A DNA stretch of 64,000 nt from Escherichia coli O127:H6 str. E2348/69 (GTDB lineage: Bacteria; Pseudomonadota; Gammaproteobacteria; Enterobacterales; Enterobacteriaceae), in the NCBI RefSeq assembly GCF_000026545.1, contig NC_011601.1. The stretch is one strand, 5' to 3'. Position numbers and translations under genes: made by a program. Positions 32,761 to 45,723 of this stretch are shown piece after piece. Position 1 is the stretch's first letter, and the number at the start of each line of letters is the position of its first letter. Under the pieces are notes generated by a model, which ran no database searches, had not been told where the DNA came from, and worked only from the letters and a program-made list of their open reading frames with translations.

Positions 32761-33327
32761 ATGGTCAAATCTCAACCGATTTTGAGATATATCTTGCGCG
32801 GGATACCCGCGATTGCAGTAGCGGTTCTGCTTTCTGCATGTAGTGTAAATAACACCGCAAAGAATATGCATCCTGAGACACGTGCAGTGGGTAGTGAAAC
32901 ATCATCACTGCAAGCTTCTCAGGATGAATTTGAAAACCTGGTTCGTAATGTCGACGTAAAATCGCGAATTATGGATCAGTATGCTGACTGGAAAGGCGTA
33001 CGCTATCGTCTGGGCGGCAGCACTAAAAAAGGTATCGATTGTTCTGGTTTCGTACAGCGTACATTCCGTGAGCAATTTGGCTTAGAACTTCCGCGTTCGA
33101 CTTATGAACAGCAGGAAATGGGTAAATCTGTTTCCCGCAGTAATTTGCGCACGGGTGATTTAGTTCTGTTCCGTGCCGGTTCAACGGGGCGCCATGTCGG
33201 TATTTATATCGGCAATAACCAGTTTGTCCATGCTTCCACCAGCAGTGGTGTTATTATTTCCAGCATGAATGAACCATACTGGAAGAAGCGTTACAACGAA
33301 GCACGCCGGGTTCTCAGCCGCAGCTAA
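32761..33327 (+). CDS. mepS: Peptidoglycan DD-endopeptidase MepS (Spr; NlpC/P60 lipoprotein)
   Basis: 188-aa ORF with lipobox LLSAC and NlpC/P60 catalytic region (GIDCSGFV...H); matches MepS. Confidence 0.93.
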   Translation: MVKSQPILRYILRGIPAIAVAVLLSACSVNNTAKNMHPETRAVGSETSSLQASQDEFENLVRNVDVKSRIMDQYADWKGVRYRLGGSTKKGIDCSGFVQRTFREQFGLELPRSTYEQQEMGKSVSRSNLRTGDLVLFRAGSTGRHVGIYIGNNQFVHASTSSGVIISSMNEPYWKKRYNEARRVLSRS

Positions 33328-33373
33328 TAAACCGTTTGGATGCAATCCCTTGGCTATCCTGACGAGTTAACTG

Positions 33374-33405
33374 AAAGCACTGCTTAGGCAGTGCTTTTTT
33401 GTTTT
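33374..33405 (+). terminator. Rho-independent terminator of mepS
   Basis: aaagcactgc-ttagg-cagtgcttt hairpin followed by tttttgtttt. Confidence 0.65.
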
Positions 33406-33507
33406 CATTCATCAGAGAAAATGATGTTTCCGCGTCTTGATCCAGGCTATAGTCCGGTCATTGTTATCTTTTAAATGTTGTCGTAATTTCAGGAAATTAA
33501 CGGAATC

Positions 33508-35064
33508 ATGTTTATACGCGCTCCCAATTCTGGACGTAAGCTCCTGCTTACCTGCATTGTTGCAGGCGTGATGATTGCGATACTGGTGAGCTGCCTTCAG
33601 TTTTTAGTGGCCTGGCATAAGCACGAAGTCAAATACGACACACTGATTACCGACGTACAAAAGTATCTCGATACCTATTTTGCCGACCTTAAATCTACTA
33701 CTGATCGGCTCCAGCCGCTGACCTTAGATACCTGCCAGCAGGCTAACCCCGAACTGACCGCCCGCGCGGCGTTTAGCATGAATGTTCGTACGTTTGTGCT
33801 GGTAAAAGATAAAAAAACATTCTGTTCATCTGCGACCGGTGAGATGGACATTCCACTCAATGAATTGATTCCGGCGCTCGACATTAATAAAAACGTCGAT
33901 ATGGCGATCTTACCCGGCACGCCGATGGTGCCGAACAAACCCGCAATCGTCATCTGGTATCGCAACCCTTTGCTGAAAAATAGCGGCGTGTTTGCCGCTC
34001 TGAATCTCAACCTGACGCCTTCACTCTTTTATAGTTCACGGCAGGAAGATTACGATGGCCTCGCCCTCATTATTGGTAATACTGCGCTATCTACCTTTTC
34101 TTCACGTTTGATGAACGTTAATGAATTAACCGACATGCCGGTCCGTGAAACTAAAATTGCGGGCATTCCTCTGACCGTTCGGCTTTATGCAGATGACTGG
34201 ACATGGAACGATGTGTGGTACGCATTTTTACTGGGTGGCATGAGTGGAACTTTCGTTGGACTTCTCTGCTATTACCTGATGAGTGTGCGTATGCGCCCAG
34301 GCAGAGAAATCATGACCGCCATCAAGCGCGAACAATTTTACGTGGTATATCAACCGGTGGTTGATACACAAGCTTTGCGGGTAACGGGCCTGGAAGTACT
34401 GCTACGCTGGCGGCATCCAGTAGCAGGTGAAATCCCCCCGGATGCCTTCATTAACTTTGCCGAAGCGCAAAAGATGATTGTGCCACTGACTCAGCACCTG
34501 TTTGAGTTGATTGCCCGCGATGCCGCAGAATTAGAAAAAGTACTGCCGGTAGGCGTCAAATTTGGCATTAACATTGCGCCGGCCCACTTGCACAGCGAAA
34601 GCTTTAAAGCGGATATCCAGAAACTGCTCACTTCCCTGCCCGCACACCATTTCCAGATTGTGCTGGAAATTACCGAGCGCGATATGCTGAAAGAGCGAGA
34701 AGCCACACAACTCTTCGCCTGGCTGCATTCGGTCGGCGTAGAAATTGCTATTGATGACTTCGGCACCGGGCACAGCGCGCTTATCTATCTTGAGCGTTTT
34801 ACGCTCGATTATCTGAAAATTGATCGTGGATTTATCAACGCCATCGGTACGGAAACGATCACTTCACCCGTACTTGACGCGGTGCTGACGCTGGCGAAAC
34901 GTCTCAATATGCTGACAGTTGCTGAAGGGGTCGAAACGCCAGAACAGGCACGATGGCTAAGCGAACGCGGCGTTAATTTCATGCAAGGCTACTGGATTAG
35001 TCGCCCGTTACCGCTGGACGATTTTGTTCGCTGGCTGAAGAAACCGTATACGCCGCAGTGGTAA
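33508..35064 (+). CDS. rtn: EAL-domain c-di-GMP phosphodiesterase Rtn (PdeN) with CSS-type periplasmic sensor
   Basis: 518-aa ORF; N-terminal TM/periplasmic region and C-terminal EAL domain (EVLLRW, DDFGTG). Confidence 0.88.
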   Translation: MFIRAPNSGRKLLLTCIVAGVMIAILVSCLQFLVAWHKHEVKYDTLITDVQKYLDTYFADLKSTTDRLQPLTLDTCQQANPELTARAAFSMNVRTFVLVKDKKTFCSSATGEMDIPLNELIPALDINKNVDMAILPGTPMVPNKPAIVIWYRNPLLKNSGVFAALNLNLTPSLFYSSRQEDYDGLALIIGNTALSTFSSRLMNVNELTDMPVRETKIAGIPLTVRLYADDWTWNDVWYAFLLGGMSGTFVGLLCYYLMSVRMRPGREIMTAIKREQFYVVYQPVVDTQALRVTGLEVLLRWRHPVAGEIPPDAFINFAEAQKMIVPLTQHLFELIARDAAELEKVLPVGVKFGINIAPAHLHSESFKADIQKLLTSLPAHHFQIVLEITERDMLKEREATQLFAWLHSVGVEIAIDDFGTGHSALIYLERFTLDYLKIDRGFINAIGTETITSPVLDAVLTLAKRLNMLTVAEGVETPEQARWLSERGVNFMQGYWISRPLPLDDFVRWLKKPYTPQW

Positions 35065-35145
35065 GGTGTGCTTACGTCCCTTATTATTCATAGTGAAAGC
35101 ATGCCGGATTGCGGCTAATGATGAGTAAAAGGAAATCCGTTGCAG

Positions 35146-36960
35146 ATGATTGTGCGCATACTGCTGCTGTTTATCGCTCTGTTCACCTTTGGTGCGCAGG
35201 CGCAGGCTATCAAGGAAAGCTATGCCTTTGCCGTACTGGGCGAACCCCGGTACGCATTTAATTTCAACCATTTTGATTATGTGAACCCCGCCGCGCCAAA
35301 AGGTGGGCAAATAACGTTGTCTGCCCTCGGCACCTTCGATAATTTCAACCGCTATGCACTGCGCGGCAATCCGGGCGCACGCACCGAGCAGCTGTACGAC
35401 ACGCTATTTACGACTTCCGATGACGAACCAGGCAGTTATTACCCGCTGATTGCTGAAAGAGCACGCTATGCTGACGATTATTCCTGGGTGGAGGTCGCTA
35501 TTAATCCACGCGCCCGTTTTCATGATGGTTCGCCCATTACTGCCCGCGATGTAGAGTTTACTTTTCAAAAATTTATGACCGAAGGCGTGCCGCAATTTCG
35601 TCTGGTCTACAAAGGCACCACCGTCAAAGCCATTGCGCCGTTAACCGTGCGCATTGAGTTAGCTAAACCCGGCAAAGAAGATATGCTGAGTCTGTTTTCG
35701 CTGCCGGTATTTCCAGAAAAGTACTGGAAAGATCACAAACTTAGCGACCCGCTCGCCACGCCTCCGCTTGCCAGTGGTCCGTACCGCATTACGTCCTGGA
35801 AAATGGGGCAAAATATTGTCTATTCCCGCGTGAAAGATTACTGGGCAGCAAACTTACCGGTAAACCGTGGACGCTGGAATTTCGACACCATTCGCTACGA
35901 TTATTACCTCGATGATAATGTCGCCTTTGAAGCGTTTAAAGCAGGAGCCTTTGATTTGCGTATGGAAAACGACGCCAAAAACTGGGCCACGCGCTATACC
36001 GGTAAAAATTTCGATAAAAAATACATCATCAAAGATGAGCAAAAGAACGAATCAGCCCAGGATACGCGCTGGCTGGCGTTTAATATCCAACGTCCGGTAT
36101 TCAGCGATCGCCGGGTCCGGGAAGCGATCACTCTCGCCTTTGACTTTGAATGGATGAACAAAGCGTTGTTTTACAATGCCTGGAGTCGCACGAACAGTTA
36201 TTTTCAGAATACCGAATATGCGGCCAGAAATTACCCCGACGCCGCGGAACTGGTGCTTCTGGCACCAATGAAAAAAGATCTACCGCCAGAAGTCTTCACG
36301 CAAATCTACCAGCCGCCGGTATCCAAAGGCGATGGCTACGATCGTGACAACCTGTTAAAAGCCGACAAACTTCTCAACGAAGCAGGCTGGGTGCTGAAGG
36401 GTCAGCAACGCGTTAATGCCACAACGGGTCAGCCACTCAGCTTTGAATTATTGCTTCCCGCAAGCAGCAATAGTCAGTGGGTATTGCCGTTCCAGCACAG
36501 CCTGCAACGGCTGGGTATCAACATGGACATTCGCAAGGTGGATAACTCGCAAATCACCAACCGCATGCGCAGTCGCGACTATGACATGATGCCGCGCGTA
36601 TGGCGGGCGATGCCGTGGCCCAGTTCCGATTTACAAATTTCCTGGTCATCGGAATATATCAATTCCACTTATAATGCCCCCGGCGTGCAAAGCCCGGTTA
36701 TCGACTCGCTGATCAACCAAATTATTGCCGCGCAGGGAAATAAAGAAAAATTACTGCCGTTGGGGCGAGCACTGGATCGCGTATTAACGTGGAATTATTA
36801 CATGCTGCCAATGTGGTATATGGCGGAAGACCGTCTCGCCTGGTGGGATAAATTCTCCCAACCCGCTGTACGCCCTGTTTACAGCCTGGGTATCGATACC
36901 TGGTGGTATGACGTTAATAAAGCGACGAAACTGCCGTCAGCCAGACAACAGGGAGAGTAG
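35146..36960 (+). CDS. yejA: Periplasmic substrate-binding protein YejA of the YejABEF peptide/microcin C ABC importer
   Basis: ORF 35140-36960 (606 aa) trimmed to the recalled 604 aa; signal peptide ...FGAQAQA; SBP family 5; exact start uncertain. Confidence 0.88.
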
Positions 36961-38055
36961 ATGGGCGCTTATCTGATTCGCCGTCTGTTGCTGGTGATCC
37001 CAACGTTATGGGCGATTATCACTATCAACTTTTTCATCGTGCAAATTGCGCCTGGCGGTCCGGTCGACCAGGCCATCGCCGCCATTGAGTTTGGTAATGC
37101 CGGAGTATTACCCGGCGCAGGCGGTGAAGGTGTTCGCGCCAGCCATGCGCAAACGGGCGTCGGCAATATCAGCGACAGTAATTACCGTGGCGGACGCGGA
37201 TTGGATCCAGAAGTGATCGCCGAGATCACTCATCGCTACGGTTTCGATAAGCCGATCCACGAACGTTACTTCAAAATGCTCTGGGACTACATCCGTTTTG
37301 ATTTTGGCGACAGCCTTTTTCGCAGCGCCTCGGTGCTGACGCTGATTAAAGACAGTCTGCCGGTCTCCATCACCCTCGGATTGTGGAGCACGCTGATTAT
37401 CTATCTGGTGTCGATTCCGTTAGGCATTCGCAAAGCTGTTTATAATGGGAGCCGTTTTGACGTCTGGAGTAGTGCATTTATCATCATCGGCTACGCCATT
37501 CCGGCCTTTTTGTTTGCCATCCTGCTGATTGTCTTCTTCGCGGGCGGCAGCTATTTCGATCTGTTCCCTCTGCGCGGCCTGGTTTCCGCTAACTTTGATT
37601 CGCTGCCGTGGTATCAGAAAATCACCGATTATCTGTGGCATATCACGCTGCCGGTGCTGGCGACAGTGATTGGCGGCTTTGCGGCTCTGACCATGCTGAC
37701 AAAAAACTCATTCCTTGATGAAGTGCGTAAGCAATACGTGGTGACGGCACGTGCGAAAGGGGTAAGTGAAAAAAATATTCTCTGGAAACATGTGTTCCGC
37801 AACGCCATGCTGCTGGTGATTGCCGGTTTTCCGGCGACGTTTATCAGCATGTTTTTTACCGGCTCGCTGCTGATTGAGGTGATGTTTTCACTCAATGGCC
37901 TCGGCTTACTGGGCTACGAAGCGACCGTCTCGCGCGATTATCCTGTAATGTTTGGTACCTTGTATATTTTCACCCTGATTGGCCTGCTGCTGAATATTGT
38001 CAGTGATATCAGCTATACGCTGGTCGATCCGCGTATAGATTTTGAGGGACGCTAA
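36961..38055 (+). CDS. yejB: ABC transporter permease YejB
   Basis: 364-aa permease immediately after yejA. Confidence 0.92.
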
Positions 38056-39080
38056 TGCCGCGACTCAGCCCCGTCAATCAGGCCCGTTGGGCGCGTTTTC
38101 GCCATAACCGTCGCGGCTACTGGTCGTTATGGATTTTCCTCGTCTTGTTTGGTTTGAGTTTGTGTTCTGAACTTATCGCCAACGATAAACCGTTGCTGGT
38201 GCGTTATGACGGCAGTTGGTATTTCCCGTTGTTGAAAAACTACAGCGAAAGCGATTTTGGCGGCCCGCTGGCAAGTCAGGCTGATTATCAGGACCCGTGG
38301 CTGAAACAACGGCTGGAAAATAACGGCTGGGTACTGTGGGCTCCGATTCGCTTTGGTGCTACCAGTATCAACTTTGCTACCGATAAGCCCTTCCCTTCTC
38401 CACCCTCCCGGCAAAACTGGCTGGGAACGGATGCCAATGGCGGCGATGTACTGGCACGCATTCTCTATGGCACGCGGATCTCAGTTCTGTTTGGCCTGAT
38501 GCTGACCCTCTGCTCCAGCGTGATGGGCGTGCTGGCGGGGGCACTACAAGGCTATTACGGCGGTAAAGTCGATCTCTGGGGGCAACGTTTTATTGAAGTA
38601 TGGTCGGGGATGCCGACGCTGTTTTTGATTATTTTACTTTCCAGCGTCGTACAGCCTAACTTCTGGTGGCTGCTGGCAATTACTGTCTTGTTTGGCTGGA
38701 TGAGTCTGGTCGGTGTGGTGCGGGCGGAGTTTTTACGTACCCGTAATTTCGACTACATCCGCGCGGCGCAGGCGCTTGGCGTCAGCGATCGCAGTATCAT
38801 CCTGCGTCATATGTTGCCAAATGCCATGGTCGCTACCCTCACTTTTTTACCGTTTATTTTATGTAGTTCGATAACCACCCTGACCTCACTCGATTTCCTC
38901 GGCTTCGGTCTGCCGCTCGGTTCACCGTCACTCGGCGAACTGCTGTTACAAGGGAAAAATAACCTTCAGGCCCCGTGGCTTGGGATCACCGCCTTCTTGT
39001 CGGTGGCGATATTGTTGTCTTTGCTGATCTTTATTGGTGAAGCCGTCCGCGACGCATTTGATCCTAATAAGGCGGTGTAG
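38055..39080 (+). CDS. yejE: ABC transporter permease YejE
   Basis: 341-aa permease overlapping the yejB stop. Confidence 0.92.
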   Translation: MPRLSPVNQARWARFRHNRRGYWSLWIFLVLFGLSLCSELIANDKPLLVRYDGSWYFPLLKNYSESDFGGPLASQADYQDPWLKQRLENNGWVLWAPIRFGATSINFATDKPFPSPPSRQNWLGTDANGGDVLARILYGTRISVLFGLMLTLCSSVMGVLAGALQGYYGGKVDLWGQRFIEVWSGMPTLFLIILLSSVVQPNFWWLLAITVLFGWMSLVGVVRAEFLRTRNFDYIRAAQALGVSDRSIILRHMLPNAMVATLTFLPFILCSSITTLTSLDFLGFGLPLGSPSLGELLLQGKNNLQAPWLGITAFLSVAILLSLLIFIGEAVRDAFDPNKAV

Positions 39081-39081
39081 C

Positions 39082-40671
39082 ATGACGCAAACTCTGTTAG
39101 CGATTGAAAATTTGTCGGTGGGTTTTCGCCATCAGCAAACCGTACGTACAGTAGTCAATGATGTTTCACTACAGATTGCGGCTGGCGAAACGCTGGCGCT
39201 GGTAGGTGAGTCTGGTTCAGGTAAGAGCGTTACCGCGCTGTCAATTTTACGCCTGCTCCCTTGCCCGCCGGTTGAATATCTCTCCGGCGATATTCGTTTT
39301 CATGGCGAATCGCTGCTTCATGCCAGCGATCAAACGTTGCGCGGTGTACGCGGTAATAAGATCGCCATGATTTTTCAGGAGCCGATGGTGTCGTTAAATC
39401 CATTACATACCCTGGAAAAACAGCTTTATGAAGTACTTTCACTCCACCGCGGGATGCGTCGGGAAGCGGCTCGTGGCGAAATTCTTAACTGCCTTGATCG
39501 CGTCGGTATCCGCCAGGCGGCAAAACGGCTGACAGATTATCCGCATCAGCTCTCCGGCGGCGAACGCCAGCGGGTGATGATTGCGATGGCGCTGTTAACG
39601 CGACCGGAATTATTAATTGCCGATGAACCAACCACCGCGCTGGACGTCTCTGTCCAGGCGCAGATTTTACAGCTGTTGCGCGAACTGCAAGGCGAGCTGA
39701 ATATGGGTATGCTGTTTATTACTCATAACCTCAGCATTGTCAGAAAACTGGCCCACCGCGTGGCGGTAATGCAAAACGGTCGCTGTGTCGAGAAAAATAA
39801 CGCCGCTACGCTATTTGCCTCACCCACTCATCCTTACACACAAAAGCTACTCAACAGTGAACCATCTGGCGACCCGGTGCCATTGCCAGAACCTGCCTCA
39901 ACTTTGCTAGATGTTGAACAGCTTCAGGTTGCCTTCCCCATCCGCAAAGGGATTTTGAAGCGCATTGTGGATCATAATGTGGTGGTGAAAAACATCAGTT
40001 TTACGCTACGGGCAGGTGAAACACTGGGTTTAGTGGGCGAGTCCGGTTCCGGGAAAAGCACGACGGGACTGGCGCTGCTGCGACTGATTGACTCTCAGGG
40101 CAGCATCGTCTTTGACGGTCAGCCACTGCAAAATTTAAATCGCCGCCAGCTGTTACCTATTCGTCATCGCATTCAGGTGGTATTTCAGGATCCAAACTCC
40201 TCACTCAACCCACGACTCAACGTTTTGCAAATTATTGAGGAAGGCTTACGGGTTCACCAGCCGACGCTTTCTGCCGCACAACGCGAACAACAAGTGATAG
40301 CCGTGATGCATGAAGTGGGATTAGATCCTGAAACACGCCACCGTTATCCGGCGGAGTTCTCTGGTGGTCAGCGGCAACGTATTGCGATTGCCAGGGTGTT
40401 AATTCTTAAGCCCTCGCTGATCATTCTTGATGAACCAACATCATCACTCGACAAAACGGTGCAGGCGCAAATATTGACGCTATTGAAATCATTGCAACAA
40501 AAGCATCAACTGGCCTATTTGTTTATCAGCCACGATTTGCACGTTGTCCGCGCGTTATGTCATCAGGTTATCGTACTGCGACAAGGGGAAGTAGTGGAAC
40601 AAGGACCGTGCGCGCGCGTGTTTGCCGCACCGCAGCAGGAGTATACGCGTCAGCTACTGGCGTTGAGCTGA
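39082..40671 (+). CDS. yejF: ABC transporter ATP-binding protein YejF (double ATPase)
   Basis: Frame 39034-40671 trimmed to [15 protein letters not shown]... (529 aa); two Walker A sites (GESGSGKS twice). Confidence 0.9.
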   Translation: MTQTLLAIENLSVGFRHQQTVRTVVNDVSLQIAAGETLALVGESGSGKSVTALSILRLLPCPPVEYLSGDIRFHGESLLHASDQTLRGVRGNKIAMIFQEPMVSLNPLHTLEKQLYEVLSLHRGMRREAARGEILNCLDRVGIRQAAKRLTDYPHQLSGGERQRVMIAMALLTRPELLIADEPTTALDVSVQAQILQLLRELQGELNMGMLFITHNLSIVRKLAHRVAVMQNGRCVEKNNAATLFASPTHPYTQKLLNSEPSGDPVPLPEPASTLLDVEQLQVAFPIRKGILKRIVDHNVVVKNISFTLRAGETLGLVGESGSGKSTTGLALLRLIDSQGSIVFDGQPLQNLNRRQLLPIRHRIQVVFQDPNSSLNPRLNVLQIIEEGLRVHQPTLSAAQREQQVIAVMHEVGLDPETRHRYPAEFSGGQRQRIAIARVLILKPSLIILDEPTSSLDKTVQAQILTLLKSLQQKHQLAYLFISHDLHVVRALCHQVIVLRQGEVVEQGPCARVFAAPQQEYTRQLLALS

Positions 40672-40674
40672 CGC

Positions 40675-41019
40675 TTAAAAAGGATTGTAGTTTGAAAAGG
40701 GTTCGGCAATTGCCACACCAAAATTTTTCAATCGGCATGTTGCAGCAAATTCGTCCTGGCGATTTACAAACAGGCACGGCTCACCTTCACACTCCAGCAC
40801 CGAACATGGAACTTCGATGTCGCTTAACGCCTGGCTTAGTTTGTACATCACCGACCATGCATTATCACCATCCGGGCTAAGCAATTTAAGCGCCACCAGG
40901 CTGTTGTCACCGCACGGTCCATTTTGCGGAATCGGTTCAACCTTCGAACCTGCGAAACCAGCAGACCAGCGATAGTTCTGCGGCAGTCGATGGACGATTG
41001 AGAGTTGTAATGAAGTCAC
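40675..41019 (-). CDS. yejG: Uncharacterized protein YejG
   Basis: 114-aa [50 protein letters not shown]...; matches YejG. Confidence 0.85.
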
Positions 41020-41352
41020 TTATTTTCCCCGGAAGTACATTTTACTTCACAATTTGTTTACATCAATTTTAACACATCATCAACAATCCGTCTTTATACA
41101 GATCGTAAAGATTGATGCCTCGCCTGCGTGGCCTCTATGGCTCTGATTTAAATAATATCTGCGGGCGTGGTCACGTTTGCGGGGCTATATGTACCCGTTT
41201 CTGCGATCTAACTCAACCTTTTTAACTACAATAATGTGACTTTTTACATAAATTGATTTTACATAAAATAAACATATATCGGGGGAATGATAGATTTGTG
41301 GTTGACATGCATCAACAAAGGAAGCCTTTTAGCTTCCTCGTTGTGCAATAGA

Positions 41353-42543
41353 TCACCGTTTTTTCGGCCGACTGGCGTACAAACAGAAGAGAATGGAGCT
41401 GGTTGCGCAGAATGCAATTGACCAAATCATCGGCCATGCAGAGTTAAAGGTCGCAAGAGAAAGTAATGCGCCAACAATTGCCCCTATGCCGAAACGGAAG
41501 GTTCCTGCCAGCGAAGATGCCGTTCCCGCCATATGGGGAAACTCATCAAGAATGACCGCCATCGCATTGGATGACACCATCGACACGCAGCCCACAAACG
41601 CCGCAACGCCAACCACCAGCGACCAGAATCCCAGCCCCAGCAGTGCACTGATGACCATCCACGCTGCCATAATAAACTGTATCCACAACCCCGAGCGGAA
41701 CATATTTAACGCGCCAATACGGCGGACGAAGCGGCTGTTAAAGATGGTCATCACGAACAGAAAAAGAATGTTTAGCGCAAAGTAATAACCAAAGTTTTCC
41801 GGCGCGACGTGGTTGATTTCAATGTAGACAAACGGTCCGGCGCTTAAGAATGAGAACATCCCGGCAAAGCTGAAACCGCTGGCCAGCATATAACTCAGGA
41901 CACGCTTATGACGGAACAGCGCCGCAAAGTTACCAATAGTGGTACGAATGTGAAAAGGCTGGCGACGCTCCGGCGGTAAGGTTTCTTTGATCAGAAAGAA
42001 GATCATTGCCGAAGCCAGAATCGCCGCCACGGCGAGGATCCAGAAGATGTAATGCCAGCTCAGCCACACCAGCACCCAGCCGCCAACTATCGGTGCCATC
42101 AGCGGTGCAATGGTCGTCACCAGCATGACAAACGACATCATCCGTGAGAACTCTTCTTTCGGGTAGATATCACGCATCAAAGCGTTGATAACCACGCTGG
42201 CCGCAGCCGCAGCCAGCCCGTGGAAGAAACGCATCACAATCAGCTGATCGATGGTTTGTGCCAACGCACACGCCACCGCGGCGGCGGCAAACACCAGCGT
42301 ACCGCCAAGAACCACCGGCTTACGCCCGAAGCTGTCTGCCATCGGCCCGTAGATTAACTGCCCCAACGCAAAGCCCAGAATATAAGTACTGAGGGTCATC
42401 TGCGTACTGCCCGCCGGTACACCAAACTGCGCTGAAATTACCGGTAGCGCAGGCAGATACATATCAATCGACAGCGGCATCAACATGGCCAGCAGGCCAA
42501 GGATAAAAACAATAGCAAACGACGAATGCTGTCGGGTGGTCAC
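41353..42543 (-). CDS. bcr: Bicyclomycin/multidrug efflux MFS transporter Bcr
   Basis: 396-aa 12-TM MFS ORF matching Bcr. Confidence 0.92.
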   Translation of the reverse strand: MTTRQHSSFAIVFILGLLAMLMPLSIDMYLPALPVISAQFGVPAGSTQMTLSTYILGFALGQLIYGPMADSFGRKPVVLGGTLVFAAAAVACALAQTIDQLIVMRFFHGLAAAAASVVINALMRDIYPKEEFSRMMSFVMLVTTIAPLMAPIVGGWVLVWLSWHYIFWILAVAAILASAMIFFLIKETLPPERRQPFHIRTTIGNFAALFRHKRVLSYMLASGFSFAGMFSFLSAGPFVYIEINHVAPENFGYYFALNILFLFVMTIFNSRFVRRIGALNMFRSGLWIQFIMAAWMVISALLGLGFWSLVVGVAAFVGCVSMVSSNAMAVILDEFPHMAGTASSLAGTFRFGIGAIVGALLSLATFNSAWPMIWSIAFCATSSILFCLYASRPKKR

Positions 42544-42570
42544 AACGGGCTCCTGAAAGTCATTGAAAAG

Positions 42571-43266
42571 TTAGACGACGCTGGCAATTTCTTCTTCAGT
42601 TAACGGACGATATTCACCGGGGGCTAAATCAGCATCCAGCGTAATGCCGCCAATACGTTCACGATGCAGCTCAACCACATGGTTACCCACGGCGGCGAAC
42701 ATGCGTTTCACCTGATGATAACGCCCTTCGCTGATGGTCAGACGAACCTGCGTTGGGGTAATCACTTCCAGCACCGCCGGCTTAGTGAGATCTTTTTCGT
42801 TATGCAGCTGCACGCCTTTAGCAAATTGCTCTGCCGTATCGTCAGCTACGGGTGATTCCAGCGTTACCAGATAGGTCTTCTCGCAATGATGGCGCGGGGA
42901 AGTAATGCGGTGCGACCACTGACCATCATCTGTCATTAGTACCAGACCGGTGGTATCGATATCCAGACGCCCTGCAGCGTGCAGTTTCCACGCTACCGGT
43001 TCATCAAGAAAATAGAGCACCGTTGGGTGATCCGGGTCGTCCGTGGAGCAAACATAGCCCTGAGGCTTATTGAGCATGAAGTAACGTGGACCGTGTTGCT
43101 GCGCCAGCGGGTTGCCATCGTAAGCGACATCATGTTCAGGGAGCAGTTTGAACGCTGCATTACGGACGATTTCGCCATCGACGGTGACACGATTGCCGCG
43201 GATTTCACGCCCGGCAATAGCACGGCTAACGCCGAGTTGCTGTGCGATAAATTTATCAAGTCGCAT
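42571..43266 (-). CDS. rsuA: 16S rRNA pseudouridine516 synthase RsuA
   Basis: Frame 42571-43362 trimmed to [22 protein letters not shown]... (231 aa); S4 domain plus pseudouridine synthase core. Confidence 0.9.
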
Positions 43267-43415
43267 GTGTGTGATTTTGCCTGTAAAAAACGGAGGTCGG
43301 GTAATGACCCGAAAATCTGAACTGTTGTCTGCCCAGTATAGCGGTCTAATAACTTCCCTCAAGGGAAAAAGATCCGTGGCATACTATTAGCAGAATAATC
43401 TACCTACGCGAGACC

Positions 43416-45176
43416 ATGATTTTTACACTCCGCCCATATCAGCAAGAAGCCGTGGATGCCACGCTCAACCATTTTCGTCGTCATAAAACCCCTGCTGTAA
43501 TCGTGCTGCCCACCGGTGCAGGTAAAAGCCTGGTGATAGCGGAACTGGCGCGGCTGGCGCGTGGTCGCGTGCTGGTGCTGGCACACGTTAAAGAACTGGT
43601 GGCACAAAACCATGCAAAATATCAGGCGCTGGGGCTGGAAGCCGATATTTTTGCCGCCGGGCTAAAGCGCAAAGAGAGCCACGGTAAAGTAGTATTTGGC
43701 AGCGTGCAGTCGGTCGCCCGTAATCTTGATGCCTTTCAGGGTGAATTTTCGCTGTTGATTGTCGATGAATGCCACCGTATTGGTGACGATGAAGAGAGCC
43801 AGTATCAGCAAATCCTCACTCACCTGACCAAAGTGAATCCCCACTTACGCCTGCTGGGGCTGACTGCCACGCCTTTTCGACTGGGCAAAGGCTGGATCTA
43901 CCAGTTCCATTATCACGGCATGGTACGCGGCGATGAGAAAGCCCTTTTCCGTGACTGCATTTATGAGCTGCCGCTGCGTTATATGATTAAACACGGCTAT
44001 CTGACGCCGCCAGAACGGCTGGATATGCCAGTAGTGCAATACGATTTCAGCCGCTTGCAGGCACAGAGTAACGGACTGTTCAGCGAAGCCGATCTCAACC
44101 GCGAGCTGAAAAAACAGCAACGCATTACGCCACACATCATCAGCCAGATTATGGAGTTTGCTGCAACGCGCAAAGGGGTGATGATTTTCGCCGCGACGGT
44201 CGAACACGCAAAAGAGATTGTGGGATTACTGCCTGCCGAAGATGCAGCACTGATTACTGGCGACACACCCGGCGCTGAGCGCGATGTGTTAATTGAAGAT
44301 TTTAAAGCCCAGCGTTTTCGCTATCTGGTCAACGTCGCGGTACTGACCACCGGATTTGACGCCCCGCACGTCGATCTTATCGCCATTCTGCGCCCTACCG
44401 AATCGGTGAGTCTTTACCAACAAATTGTCGGGCGCGGCCTGCGCCTGGCCCCCGGCAAGACTGATTGCTTAATTCTTGATTATGCGGGTAATCCTCACGA
44501 TCTCTACGCGCCGGAAGTTGGTACACCGAAAGGCAAAAGTGACAACGTCCCGGTACAAGTTTTCTGCCCTGCCTGCGGTTTTGCCAACACCTTTTGGGGG
44601 AAAACGACTGCCGACGGGACATTGATTGAACACTTTGGTCGTCGCTGTCAGGGATGGTTTGAAGATGACGACGGACATCGCGAACAGTGTGACTTCCGTT
44701 TCCGTTTTAAAAATTGCCCGCAATGTAACGCAGAAAATGATATTGCCGCCCGCCGTTGCCGCGAGTGTGACACCATTCTGGTTGACCCGGATGATATGTT
44801 AAAAGCGGCGCTACGACTGAAAGACGCGCTGGTATTACGCTGTAGCGGCATGTCTTTGCAGCATGGGCACGACGAAAAAGGCGAATGGTTGAAAATCACC
44901 TATTACGATGAAGACGGCGCGGATGTGAGTGAGCGTTTCCGTCTGCAAACGCCCGCCCAGCGAACTGCCTTCGAGCAACTTTTTATCCGCCCGCATACGC
45001 GCACACCGGGCATCCCGCTGCGCTGGATCACCGCCGCCGATATCCTCGCCCAGCAAGCCTTATTGCGACACCCGGATTTTGTCGTCGCCCGCATGAAAGG
45101 CCAGTACTGGCAAGTGCGTGAAAAAGTGTTCGATTACGAAGGTCGTTTTCGTCGGGCGCACGAATTACGCGGTTAA
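43416..45176 (+). CDS. radD: Superfamily-2 helicase RadD (YejH)
   Basis: 586-aa ORF with Walker A PTGAGKS, DECH box, helicase C motifs and a C-terminal zinc-finger-like Cys cluster. Confidence 0.92.
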   Translation: MIFTLRPYQQEAVDATLNHFRRHKTPAVIVLPTGAGKSLVIAELARLARGRVLVLAHVKELVAQNHAKYQALGLEADIFAAGLKRKESHGKVVFGSVQSVARNLDAFQGEFSLLIVDECHRIGDDEESQYQQILTHLTKVNPHLRLLGLTATPFRLGKGWIYQFHYHGMVRGDEKALFRDCIYELPLRYMIKHGYLTPPERLDMPVVQYDFSRLQAQSNGLFSEADLNRELKKQQRITPHIISQIMEFAATRKGVMIFAATVEHAKEIVGLLPAEDAALITGDTPGAERDVLIEDFKAQRFRYLVNVAVLTTGFDAPHVDLIAILRPTESVSLYQQIVGRGLRLAPGKTDCLILDYAGNPHDLYAPEVGTPKGKSDNVPVQVFCPACGFANTFWGKTTADGTLIEHFGRRCQGWFEDDDGHREQCDFRFRFKNCPQCNAENDIAARRCRECDTILVDPDDMLKAALRLKDALVLRCSGMSLQHGHDEKGEWLKITYYDEDGADVSERFRLQTPAQRTAFEQLFIRPHTRTPGIPLRWITAADILAQQALLRHPDFVVARMKGQYWQVREKVFDYEGRFRRAHELRG

Positions 45177-45192
45177 TGGTAGTTTTGATTGA

Positions 45193-45585
<393 letters not shown>

Positions 45586-45602
45586 TTGCTGAATAAGTTG
45601 TA

Positions 45603-45630
45603 AAAAACCCCGCTCCGGCGGGGTTTTTTG
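45603..45630. terminator. Bidirectional Rho-independent terminator (rplY / yejK)
   Basis: aaaaaccccgc-tccg-gcggggtttttt; A/T tracts on both sides serve the convergent genes. Confidence 0.7.
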
Positions 45631-45670
45631 TCTCTGCAAATTATGCCTGATTACGGTATTGCTATTTTTT

Positions 45671-45705
45671 GCAGGCCAGATAAGGCGTTCACGCCGCATC
45701 TGGCA
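45671..45705. repeat. REP element
   Basis: gcaggccagataaggcgttcacgccgcatctggca matches the inverted REP consensus GGCCGGATAAGGCGTTCACGCCGCATCCGGC. Confidence 0.55.
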
Positions 45706-45723
45706 TTCAGAACACAAAACCGA

